A DNA stretch of 64,000 nt, taken from Vulcanimicrobiota bacterium (GTDB lineage Bacteria > Vulcanimicrobiota > Xenobia > Xenobiales > JADMJV01). Made by a program: the position numbers and the translations under genes. Under the pieces are notes generated by a model, which saw only the letters and a list, made by a program, of their open reading frames with translations, did no database searches and was not told the origin of the DNA. Location: positions 1 to 64,000 of the forward strand of contig JBFWNU010000004.1 in the NCBI GenBank assembly GCA_050250895.1. Direction: 5' to 3'. Below, in pieces: positions 55,660 through 64,000 of this stretch (within the stretch, counting starts at the first letter, position 1; each line of letters begins with the position of its first letter).

Positions 55660-57923
55660 CAGCTACTTCGATAGAATAGCAGGCGCAGCCCGTTGAGGCA
55701 AACCAGCACGGTGCTGCCTTCGTGGCCGAGCACACCCAGGGGAAGGGGTAGGTGGGCTCCCAGCGAGCTGATCACCAGCACCACGATCACGCCCAGGGCG
55801 AAGCTGAGGTTGGCCACCATGATGCGGCGGGCTCGACGGCTGATAGCGAAGGCGAAAGGCAGGTGCTCGAGCCGCTCGCCCATAAACACCACGTCGGCCG
55901 ACTCGAGGGCCACATCACTACCGGCTGCGCCCATGGCAATCCCCAGGTCGGCGGTGGCCAGAGCCGGAGCGTCGTTGACGCCGTCCCCCACCATGGCCAC
56001 TTTGTAGTTCTCTTTGAGTTGCTGGAGTTTGGCCACCTTGTCCTGAGGCAGCAATTCGGCATGCACCTCATCGACCCCGGCCTGGCGGCCGATGGCTTCG
56101 GCCACCAGTCGATTGTCGCCGGTGAGCATGACCAACCGCTTGAACCCCGAGGCGCGCAGGGCAGCCACGGTGGCCACCGCATCGGGTCGCAGCACATCGG
56201 CCACGGCCACCACTCCCAAAAAGCGTTTCTCGTCGCCCACCAGCATGGCCGTCTTGCCCTGGGCTTGAAGAGCCTCCATTGCCTGATGAAACTGGGCCAA
56301 GCCCTGCTGACCCGCGAACAAGCGAACCGAGCCGATGGTGAGGCGCCGCCCCTCTACGGTGGCCGAGGCACCCTTGCCAGAAACCGAAGCGAAGTCGAGC
56401 GGTTCGGGCAGGTCCAGCCCCTGGGCCTGGGCTTCGGCCAGGATGGCCGCGGCCAGAGGATGCTCCGAGCGGCTTTCGACCGCGGCAGCCAGCCGCAGCA
56501 GGTCAAGGGCGTCGTGGGGCCAGACCTGGTCTTTCGAGTAGCTGCCGGACGGCACCACCACGTCGGTGACTCGGGGCTTGCCTTCGGTCAGGGTGCCCGT
56601 CTTATCGAAAGCGATGGCGTCGATATCGGCCGCCCGCTCGAGGTGGGCTCCCCCTTTGAACAAGACGCCGCGCCGGGCGGCCCCACCGATGGCCGAGAGG
56701 ATCGAGGCGGGAGTCGAGATCACCAGCGCACAGGGTGAAGCCACCACCATCACCGTGATGGCCTTGTAGAACACGGCGTCGAAAACCCCGCCCAGAGCCA
56801 TGGGCACGGCCACCAGCGCCATCGTCACCAGAATGACTCCCACCGCGTAATACTGCTCGGCCTGGTCGAGCCAGCGCTGGGTGTTGGCCTTCTCGCTCTG
56901 TGCCTCTTCTACCATCTGCACCAGTTTGGCGATGGTGGAGTCACGCGCCAGTCGGGTGACCCGAAACTCGATACTGCCGGACTGATTGATGGTCCCGGCG
57001 AAAACAGGTTGGCCGGGGCCCTTTGAAACAGGCAGCGACTCGCCAGTCAAAGACGACTCGTCGAGACTGGTCTGCCCCTCTACGATCTCGCCGTCGAGGG
57101 GAACGGCCTCGCCCGGCTTGACCACGATCAGGTCGTCAAGCACCAACTCGTCGAGGAGCAGCAAGACCAGTTCACCCCCGCGCCGCACCAGGGCTCGTTC
57201 CGGTCGCAGCCGCATGAGAGCCTGAATGGCCTGACGGGTGCGGTCGATGGCGAAGGCTTGCAAGACGTTCGAGAGCGAGAAGAGAAAGAGCAGCACCGCC
57301 CCCTCCATCGGGGCGTTGACGTAGGCCGCGCCCAGGGCGGCCAGGATCATCAGCAGGTCGACATCGACGGTTCCCTCGCGCAGCGATTGCCAGGCTGCCT
57401 GCACACCGAAGGTCCCTCCCGTGAGGTAGGCCAGCACCAGGGCCGGCACCCGCACGGCCGGCACTAGCCAGGCCACCAGCATGGCCAGCAAGGTGATCGC
57501 GGTGAAGGCGATCTCGACCTTGTCCGCGGCCGGAACCGCCTCTCCCCAGGGCGCTACCGGAGCCCCGCTGGCTTTGACCTGAGCGAGCAACTGCTGGCCA
57601 CTGATCTTGCCGCCGTCAAAGGCGATACTCATCACGCCACCCACAAAGGTGGCCGAAGCCCGCCGCACACCCTCGATGCGCTCTACCTTACGTTCCAACT
57701 TCAGGGCGCAGGCTTCGCAGGCCCGACCGTTCAGGCGATAAAGACACTTCTCGAAACGCTCCGGGACCAGATTGCGCGCGTAGCTCTCCACCTGAGCGTC
57801 GGAAAGGCGCTGGGGGTTGAAGTCGATCTCGACCGACTCGTCACCCACCAGGCGAACCCCTAGCACCCCTTCGGGAGGCAACATCGGGTCCTGGATATCG
57901 ACATGCTCGCAGGGCTCTGACAC
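55659..57923 (-). CDS. Heavy-metal P1B-type ATPase (SPC/HEGST type, P1B-4-like)
   Basis: TGES, SPCAL, DKTGTLT, HP, GDGVNDAP, HEGST; N-terminal CEAC. Confidence 0.95.
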   Translation of the reverse strand: MSEPCEHVDIQDPMLPPEGVLGVRLVGDESVEIDFNPQRLSDAQVESYARNLVPERFEKCLYRLNGRACEACALKLERKVERIEGVRRASATFVGGVMSIAFDGGKISGQQLLAQVKASGAPVAPWGEAVPAADKVEIAFTAITLLAMLVAWLVPAVRVPALVLAYLTGGTFGVQAAWQSLREGTVDVDLLMILAALGAAYVNAPMEGAVLLFLFSLSNVLQAFAIDRTRQAIQALMRLRPERALVRRGGELVLLLLDELVLDDLIVVKPGEAVPLDGEIVEGQTSLDESSLTGESLPVSKGPGQPVFAGTINQSGSIEFRVTRLARDSTIAKLVQMVEEAQSEKANTQRWLDQAEQYYAVGVILVTMALVAVPMALGGVFDAVFYKAITVMVVASPCALVISTPASILSAIGGAARRGVLFKGGAHLERAADIDAIAFDKTGTLTEGKPRVTDVVVPSGSYSKDQVWPHDALDLLRLAAAVESRSEHPLAAAILAEAQAQGLDLPEPLDFASVSGKGASATVEGRRLTIGSVRLFAGQQGLAQFHQAMEALQAQGKTAMLVGDEKRFLGVVAVADVLRPDAVATVAALRASGFKRLVMLTGDNRLVAEAIGRQAGVDEVHAELLPQDKVAKLQQLKENYKVAMVGDGVNDAPALATADLGIAMGAAGSDVALESADVVFMGERLEHLPFAFAISRRARRIMVANLSFALGVIVVLVISSLGAHLPLPLGVLGHEGSTVLVCLNGLRLLFYRSS

Positions 57924-57992
57924 ACATCCAGGCTATCATTCGCGTGCTGTTTCTGGCAATGATCTAAAATAGCCGAGACAGGTCGCCCCACG

Positions 57993-59567
57993 ATGGCGAC
58001 GAACGAGGACGACAAGATGGAGCAGGTAATCATCATCGGGGCCGGCCCGGTCGGCCTTTCCCTGGCGCTGGGCCTGGCCCGCCAGGGAGTGACTTCGGTG
58101 GTGTTCGAAAAAAAAACCGAGCCCAGCCCCTATTCTCGCGCGCCGGGCATTCACGCGCGCACGCTGGAGATCTTTCGCGGCTGGGGCGTGCTCGAGGCCT
58201 TCAAGGCCGAAGGCGCCTTCCTGCGTCAGGTTCAGCCCTACACCGTAGGCGCTCAGGCCCCGGTCACTACGCTGGACTTCGGCCTGCTCGACCCGGTGTG
58301 CGCCGAAGCGGGGGTGCTGATTCTGGCCCAGGACGTGACCGAGCGAATTCTAGCCGGCGCCTGCCGCGAGACCGGCCGGGTCGAGATCCGCTTCGGACAT
58401 GAACTCAAGGCCTTCGAACAGACCCCCGAAGCAGTCGAAGCCGTGCTCGCGACGAGCCAGGGCCAATCCCGCCACCGAGGAGCCTACCTGGCCGGGTGCG
58501 ACGGCGCCCACGGGACCGTGCGCGAACGCCTGGGGTGGGAACTGGTGGGAAAGACGTATCCCACTCGTTTGATGCTGGCCGATATCGTCTTCGGTGACCC
58601 CGCCTTCGCCCCCCCCTGGCCGGTCATAGCCCGCTTTGAAAGCGGTTTCGTGGCCGCCCTGAGGGTCGACTCGAGGCGATGGCGCTTGCTGGGCACTTTG
58701 GGCAAGCGCGACCTGGATGAAGAAGGCGTCCAGCGGCGCGCTGAGACTCTCTTCGGGCCGCAGAGCTACTCTCTGGAGTGGTCTAGCGACTTCCATTTCC
58801 ACTGCCGGACCAGCCCCCACTTTCGAGCCCAGCGCGTCTTTCTGGTGGGCGACGCCGCCCATATCAACTCACCAGTCGGAGGCCAGGGGATGAACTCTGG
58901 CATTCACGATGCTCACAATCTAGCCTGGAAACTGGCCCGCGCGCTCTCGGGGGCCACCCGTCCCGAGCTGCTCGACTCGTACGAAGCCGAGCGCCGACCG
59001 CAAGTGGTCAAGAACGTCGCGGCCCGCACCGATCTGGCCACCCGCTTGCTGCTGTTGAGCGGCCAGACCGTTCGTCAGAGTCTGGCCTGGCTGGGAGCTC
59101 AACTGCTGGCCCGACCCTGGGTCTTTGCTCGCGTTGCCCCACAGATCGGGATGCTGAGTCAACGATACAAGCGGTCCCCGATCATCAGCGGAGAGGGGCC
59201 CCGGCTGGGTCGCCGACTGGCCAATCTCATGCTCGAGCAGGGCGAGCGTAGGTTTCGGCTCAGCGACGAGTTAGAACCCGAAGCCGTGTTGCTGTTGTTT
59301 GACGATGGAGGGATGCCGCGCTGGCAGGCCGGCGCGGTGGCCGCGCATCTGACAGCCATACCCGGCTTGAAGGTACGACGCCTGGTGAATACCACGGTCG
59401 AAGCCCAGACGGACGATTGGCAAGTCAGTCAAGAAGGCTGGGCCGAATGGCTCGGACTGCCAGGCACCGCTCTGTTGGTGCGCCCCGACGGATTCGAGGG
59501 GTGGCGCTGCACCCGGCCGACCACTCAGCAACTCGAAGACGGGGTAAGACTAGCCCTCGGACTTTAG
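57993..59567 (+). CDS. FAD-dependent monooxygenase (aromatic hydroxylase family)
   Basis: GAGPVG, GCDGAHG.VR, GDAAH..SPVGGQGMNSG, NLAWKLA, LVRPDG. Confidence 0.93.
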   Translation: MATNEDDKMEQVIIIGAGPVGLSLALGLARQGVTSVVFEKKTEPSPYSRAPGIHARTLEIFRGWGVLEAFKAEGAFLRQVQPYTVGAQAPVTTLDFGLLDPVCAEAGVLILAQDVTERILAGACRETGRVEIRFGHELKAFEQTPEAVEAVLATSQGQSRHRGAYLAGCDGAHGTVRERLGWELVGKTYPTRLMLADIVFGDPAFAPPWPVIARFESGFVAALRVDSRRWRLLGTLGKRDLDEEGVQRRAETLFGPQSYSLEWSSDFHFHCRTSPHFRAQRVFLVGDAAHINSPVGGQGMNSGIHDAHNLAWKLARALSGATRPELLDSYEAERRPQVVKNVAARTDLATRLLLLSGQTVRQSLAWLGAQLLARPWVFARVAPQIGMLSQRYKRSPIISGEGPRLGRRLANLMLEQGERRFRLSDELEPEAVLLLFDDGGMPRWQAGAVAAHLTAIPGLKVRRLVNTTVEAQTDDWQVSQEGWAEWLGLPGTALLVRPDGFEGWRCTRPTTQQLEDGVRLALGL

Positions 59568-59924
59568 CCACTGCCAGGCCTCTTCGGCCTGGATGGGCGA
59601 GAAAAAACGCGCCTCGTCCATGAGAGGTTGGCTGAGCATGAGCAACTGCTCGGCCCACTTCTGCTCTCCCACCAGAGCCATCCGCTCGACATCGCGCAGG
59701 TGCTTGAGCCCGAACTTAAGGTCCTCGAAAGCGGCCGCTGGCGTCAGGCCTCGAAAGTCGGTCATATCGACGTAGACTCGAATCCTATCATAGCGACTTA
59801 AGAGGGCTTCGATCGCCGGCAGCAAGCCCTCGTAGTCTTCGCGGGTAAGCTTGCCCCAGATTCTAATGCCGAGGATGTTGTCGTGGCTGCGCTCGAGCAG
59901 CGAATAGTGTCTTTCGGTGAGCAT
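59550..59924 (-). CDS. STAS/SEC14 (SpoIIAA-like) domain protein
   Basis: GKLTREDY, EDLKFGLKH, RMALVG..KW, EEAWQWL. Confidence 0.88.
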   Translation of the reverse strand: MLTERHYSLLERSHDNILGIRIWGKLTREDYEGLLPAIEALLSRYDRIRVYVDMTDFRGLTPAAAFEDLKFGLKHLRDVERMALVGEQKWAEQLLMLSQPLMDEARFFSPIQAEEAWQWLKSEG

Positions 59925-59933
59925 GGCGCCTCC

Positions 59934-60383
59934 TTACAGGGCGTTGGCCTCGAGTTCGACGCCGAGGGCCTGGTTGCAGCGGTTGGTCAGGTGAGCCATC
60001 CCCATGTTCAGGCACAGTTCGACCAGTCCCCGGCGGCCGAACTCGCGCACCAGGTTGGTGCGCATCATGATCGGCAAGCGGTGGTCGTTGCCGGCCATGC
60101 GCGTGGCCAGCTGAATCACCAGCAGTTCGGCTTGATTGAATGGAGTCCGGAGCCCGCGGCGGAGGGCCTCGAGCTTGTCCGCTTCGACTCCCGCCTGGCG
60201 GGCCTCGAGTTCGTGATGGTGAATGTCATAGGGACATTCGTTGAGTCGCGAGACGGCCAGCCGGGCCAGAGCCCGGATCTTGGGGTCGAGCTCGGCCCGA
60301 TCCAAATCTTTGATAAAACCCGCCAGGTCCCGTTCGAGTTCGGGAGCGACCGACAGGGCGGAAAGTAGATTGAGAGTTTGCAT
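59934..60383 (-). CDS. Carboxymuconolactone decarboxylase/AhpD-like protein
   Basis: LDPKIRALARLAVSRLNECPYDIHHH; GLVEL...NRCNQALG. Confidence 0.75.
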   Translation of the reverse strand: MQTLNLLSALSVAPELERDLAGFIKDLDRAELDPKIRALARLAVSRLNECPYDIHHHELEARQAGVEADKLEALRRGLRTPFNQAELLVIQLATRMAGNDHRLPIMMRTNLVREFGRRGLVELCLNMGMAHLTNRCNQALGVELEANAL

Positions 60384-60467
60384 GGCTTGCCTCCACCTGC
60401 CATGCTCTCACAACCCGAGCGGCCTCCGACTATCCACCCGCACCCGCAGGCGCCATCCGAGAGGATA

Positions 60468-62567
60468 CTAGAACAATCGCTGCAGAAAGCCGCCATAGGC
60501 GTTGAGAAACGGGGCCAGCACCAGGCTGATGATAGCCATCAGCTTGATAAGGATGTTGAGGGCCGGCCCCGAGGTGTCTTTGAAAGGGTCGCCCACCGTG
60601 TCGCCGACGACCGCCGCCCGGTGCGTGTCGGTGCCGCGTCCGCCGTGTTCGCCCGACTCGATGTATTTCTTGGCGTTGTCCCAGGCGCCACCCGAGTTGG
60701 CCATGGACACGGCGGTCACCACGGCCGTCACCAAAGCCCCGATGAGCATGCCCGAGAGCATCTTCACCCCGAAAAGAAATCCGACCAGAATGGGAGCCAG
60801 AATGACCATCAGACCGGGCGCGACCATCTCGCGCAGCGACGCGGCCGTGGCGATGTCGACGCAACGGGCGTAGTCGGCTCGCCCGGTCCCTTCCATCAGC
60901 CCGGGAATGGTGCGAAATTGGCGCCGCACCTCGTCGATCATGTCCAGCGCCGCCCTCCCCACCGAGCGCATGGTCATGGCCGAAAAAGCGCAGGTGAGCG
61001 CCCCGCCCACCAGTAGTCCGGCCATGACCCAGGGATCGAGCAGATCGATCTGAGTCAAGTGGCTGCGGGTCACGAAGGCCGAGAACAACGCCACCGAGGT
61101 CAGCGCGGCCGAGCCGATGGCAAACCCTTTGCCGATCGCGGCAGTGGTATTGCCGGCCGAGTCGAGAATGTCGGTGCGACGGCGCACCTCGGGATCGAGA
61201 TGCCCCATTTCGGCCAGCCCACCGGCATTATCGGCAACCGGCCCGTAGGCGTCGATGGTCAGCGCCACCGCGATGGTGCCCAGCATTCCGATCGCCGACA
61301 TAGCGGTGCCGTACATTCCCGCGAAAGAGACGGCCACCAGCAGGGTGCCCGCGATCAAGATTACGGGAATGACGGCGCTGTTGTAGCCCAGGGCCAGACC
61401 ATAGATGATGTTGGTGGCCGTGCCCATTAAAGAAGCCCTGGCCACCTCGCGGGTGGGTGCGAAAGAGTAAGAAGTGAAGACCTCGGTCACATAGCCGATG
61501 AGATAGCCCGACACCAGCCCGGCCAGAAAGCTGAGATAGACGCCCAGGCTGGTCACCTCGCGGCCCATCAACTCGAAAGTGGCGGGCAGCAGCTGGTTGG
61601 TCAAGAAGTAGCCGCCGATTCCCATGATCACGGTGGCCAGCAGCAGCATGTTCTTGAGGGTGCTCTGGACCTTCGCTTCGCTCTCGGCGCGAAAAGCGAG
61701 AATGCCGATCAAACTGGCCGGAATGCCCAGGCAACTGACCGCCAGCGGATAGAGCAAAGCGCCCTGGTTGTCGTGAAAGGCCAGGGCGCCGATCACCATG
61801 GCGGCGCAGCTACTCTCGGCCACCGAACCGAACAGGTCGGCGCCCATCCCGGCCACGTCTCCGACGTTATCGCCCACATTGTCGGCGATGACGGCCGGGT
61901 TGCGCGGGTCGTCTTCGGGAATGCCCGCCTCGACCTTGCCCACCAGGTCCGCACCGACATCGGCGGCTTTGGTGTAGATTCCGCCACCCACGCGAGCAAA
62001 CAAGGCCACCGTCGAGCCCCCCAGGCCAAAGCCCGAGAGAGTCTCCATCACCAGTTCAGACGAGCCGGTCATGGAGTGGGCCAGAGCCGCATAGCAGATG
62101 GCCATTCCGAGCACCGCCAGCCCGCTCAGGCCAAAGCCCATCACGGCCCCAGACTGAATGGCCGTCACGAAGCCCTGCACCAACGAGCGGCTGGCCGCCA
62201 CGGTAGTGCGAACGTTACCGGCAGTGGCTGTCATCATGCCGATATAGCCGGCCAGCACCGAGGTGGCCGCCCCGGCCACGAAGGCCAGAGCGGTGTAGAT
62301 GCCTTCATGAAGGGTGGTGGCGGGGTCATTGAGCAACAGGGCCAGGGCCACCGCGAACACCAGGATGAAGATCCCTAGATAGTAGTATTCCCTGCGCAGG
62401 AAGGCCATCGCTCCCTCGCGGATCGAGCCGCTGATCTCCAACAAGAGGCGGGCCTTCTCGGCGCTTCCCCCGGCCTCGTCCACCGAGACCGCCGCGACGC
62501 GTGCGTGGAAAAGGAAGGCGACCAATATCGAAAAGGCGCCGACAATGAGGATCGACGTTAAGACCAT
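60468..62567 (-). CDS. hppA: Membrane-bound cation-translocating pyrophosphatase, K+-dependent signature
   Basis: [56 protein letters not shown]. Confidence 0.96.
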   Translation of the reverse strand: MVLTSILIVGAFSILVAFLFHARVAAVSVDEAGGSAEKARLLLEISGSIREGAMAFLRREYYYLGIFILVFAVALALLLNDPATTLHEGIYTALAFVAGAATSVLAGYIGMMTATAGNVRTTVAASRSLVQGFVTAIQSGAVMGFGLSGLAVLGMAICYAALAHSMTGSSELVMETLSGFGLGGSTVALFARVGGGIYTKAADVGADLVGKVEAGIPEDDPRNPAVIADNVGDNVGDVAGMGADLFGSVAESSCAAMVIGALAFHDNQGALLYPLAVSCLGIPASLIGILAFRAESEAKVQSTLKNMLLLATVIMGIGGYFLTNQLLPATFELMGREVTSLGVYLSFLAGLVSGYLIGYVTEVFTSYSFAPTREVARASLMGTATNIIYGLALGYNSAVIPVILIAGTLLVAVSFAGMYGTAMSAIGMLGTIAVALTIDAYGPVADNAGGLAEMGHLDPEVRRRTDILDSAGNTTAAIGKGFAIGSAALTSVALFSAFVTRSHLTQIDLLDPWVMAGLLVGGALTCAFSAMTMRSVGRAALDMIDEVRRQFRTIPGLMEGTGRADYARCVDIATAASLREMVAPGLMVILAPILVGFLFGVKMLSGMLIGALVTAVVTAVSMANSGGAWDNAKKYIESGEHGGRGTDTHRAAVVGDTVGDPFKDTSGPALNILIKLMAIISLVLAPFLNAYGGFLQRLF

Positions 62568-62761
62568 CGGGGGATTGTAGCCAATCGGCTTCAAGAAACC
62601 GACAATTTGAGCAGGTCCCAGCGTCAAGAAAACGTCAAGATCCAAATCTGTCCCAATGGAAACAAACTCGCAAAGATCTGTTTACAATCGACCGGCTCGG
62701 GCAAGCCCTTTCCATCCATCGACAACTAGACTGTGCTCATCCCCACAAGGAGAGTGACCCG

Positions 62762-64000
62762 ATGCCGACCCTCGAGAAAGCTGCCCCTTCTGCTCCCAGG
62801 ACTCATGTCAAAGTCAAGACCGACAAAGACAACCCCAAGCCCAAGAGCTCAGCGTCAAACTCGAGCGGTAACGCCGGGACTGCAGGCAACGCCGGCCCGG
62901 CCACCCAAACACGACCCAAAGACACCGCCACGGTTTCTGACGAAGCGCGCGCCGACGACAACGAAGAAGGGGCCAGCGGCGGTCTGCTGGGCGGTCTGGC
63001 CGGAGCCTTCAAGAACGTAGAGGACGAAGAGACTCGGCGCGACCGCGACGCCGTCCGTTACCTCGACGAGCACTTCGACGCTTATGACAATCCGGGCGGA
63101 GGCGACACCGACGGCGTCGTCTCGGTGGACGACCTGCAAGACGTCGCCTCCGGTGACTTCGACCAGGACAAGGCGCGGGAACGTTTGCAGGCGGCCGGGG
63201 TGGCTGAAGAGGATCTCGACGCCGAACTAGCTCGCCTGCAGGAGAACGCCGAGTATTTGCTCGGACGCGATGAACTGCTCGACGAGATCGACGTGGCCAA
63301 TGATCCGGGTGGAGATCACGACGACAAGATCGCTCGCAGCGACCTGCACCACTATCAATATCGCGAGCAACTCGAAAGCGTCGAAGATGGATACCGGCCC
63401 TACAACGTGGACCGCACGGGGATTCCTGAGACTCCCTACAGCCTGCCCACCGAGGAAGACGACGGCGGCCGCCGTCACTCCGAACCCAATCGCACCGACG
63501 AGGTGATCCGCCAGCAGGAGAACGCCATTCTCGAGGGCCTGACCCACGGTGGTCCGGTCGAGTTTACCAATTCTAACGGCGAGACCGAGAATCTCACCAT
63601 CGAACAGGTTACCAACAGCAAGGGTGACGTAGAATTCCGTCTGCGTGGCGAGGATGGCCACACCATCAACGTCTCCTCTGAACTGACCGCCGACGAGACG
63701 CGCACCGCGCTGGCCCGGGTGGCCGACTACTACACGCAGGTTCCTGATGGCCTACGTGAATCGGTCGACAACATCGAATTCTTGAAGGACCCCGATCCGG
63801 ACGGAACCGCGGCCGCCAGCTTCAATAGCGAGCACGACCGGGTGCGCTTTTTCGGCGGACTCGACTACATCAACGAAGCCGTCTTCGAGCACGAATTCGG
63901 TCACGGCGTGGGCTACGAAACCGACGGCGAGGGCGAGGGTTTTCTCAACGACCTCAACCCCTTCGACGGCGGCGGCGCCGGCTCGCCCCAGGGCTGGGAA
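62762..64000 (+). CDS. Large acidic protein with EF-hand-like loops and an HExxH zinc-metallopeptidase motif (3' truncated by the window)
   Basis: AAGGAG RBS, ATG 62762, open to the window end (hence absent from the ORF track); DNPGGGDTDGVVSVDDL, DVANDPGGDHDDKIARSDL, HEFGH at 63890-63904. Confidence 0.82.
   Translation, partial: MPTLEKAAPSAPRTHVKVKTDKDNPKPKSSASNSSGNAGTAGNAGPATQTRPKDTATVSDEARADDNEEGASGGLLGGLAGAFKNVEDEETRRDRDAVRYLDEHFDAYDNPGGGDTDGVVSVDDLQDVASGDFDQDKARERLQAAGVAEEDLDAELARLQENAEYLLGRDELLDEIDVANDPGGDHDDKIARSDLHHYQYREQLESVEDGYRPYNVDRTGIPETPYSLPTEEDDGGRRHSEPNRTDEVIRQQENAILEGLTHGGPVEFTNSNGETENLTIEQVTNSKGDVEFRLRGEDGHTINVSSELTADETRTALARVADYYTQVPDGLRESVDNIEFLKDPDPDGTAAASFNSEHDRVRFFGGLDYINEAVFEHEFGHGVGYETDGEGEGFLNDLNPFDGGGAGSPQGWE

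Noticed and set aside
57959-57972. Additional FNR box near the ATPase/monooxygenase promoters
   Set aside because: Only one half-site (ATGAT) matches.
62695-62730. Sigma-28 promoter upstream of the final ORF
   Set aside because: Only a weak match to TAAA-N15-GCCGATAA, with the wrong spacing.

Overview
A gene-dense, high-GC bacterial window, probably starting at a contig end, with about 60 CDS. I found no recognisable rRNA, tRNA, CRISPR array, integrase or transposase. Ordinary content: two RND efflux pairs (one with a divergent TetR and a large operator palindrome), MATE, TerC, a split PAS + soluble MCP energy-taxis pair, a histidine kinase, a P1B ATPase, an FAD monooxygenase, hppA, and infC followed by a carD-like gene. 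The most striking locus is a tightly coupled seven-gene operon (23562-31567) divergent from a PilC/GspF gene. It encodes three prepilin-type proteins (the third ending in 46 consecutive Asp), a lipoprotein, a vitamin-K-dependent carboxylase-like (HTTM) protein, a catalytically dead S9 peptidase homologue and an (alpha/alpha)6-like lipoprotein. I infer a possible pilus tip that is post-translationally carboxylated for mineral or Ca binding. Other signals: an FNR-like regulator with six FNR-box-like sites (40559-50710); a two-domain glycine-zipper gene interrupted by an in-frame TAG; a shared C-terminal motif and shared N-termini among orphan proteins, suggesting export signals; a miniature subtilase; an EF-hand/HExxH protein running off the window end; many apparently leaderless genes; and a tandem paralogue array with an inserted gene. 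All family calls come from motifs recognised by eye, not from database searches.
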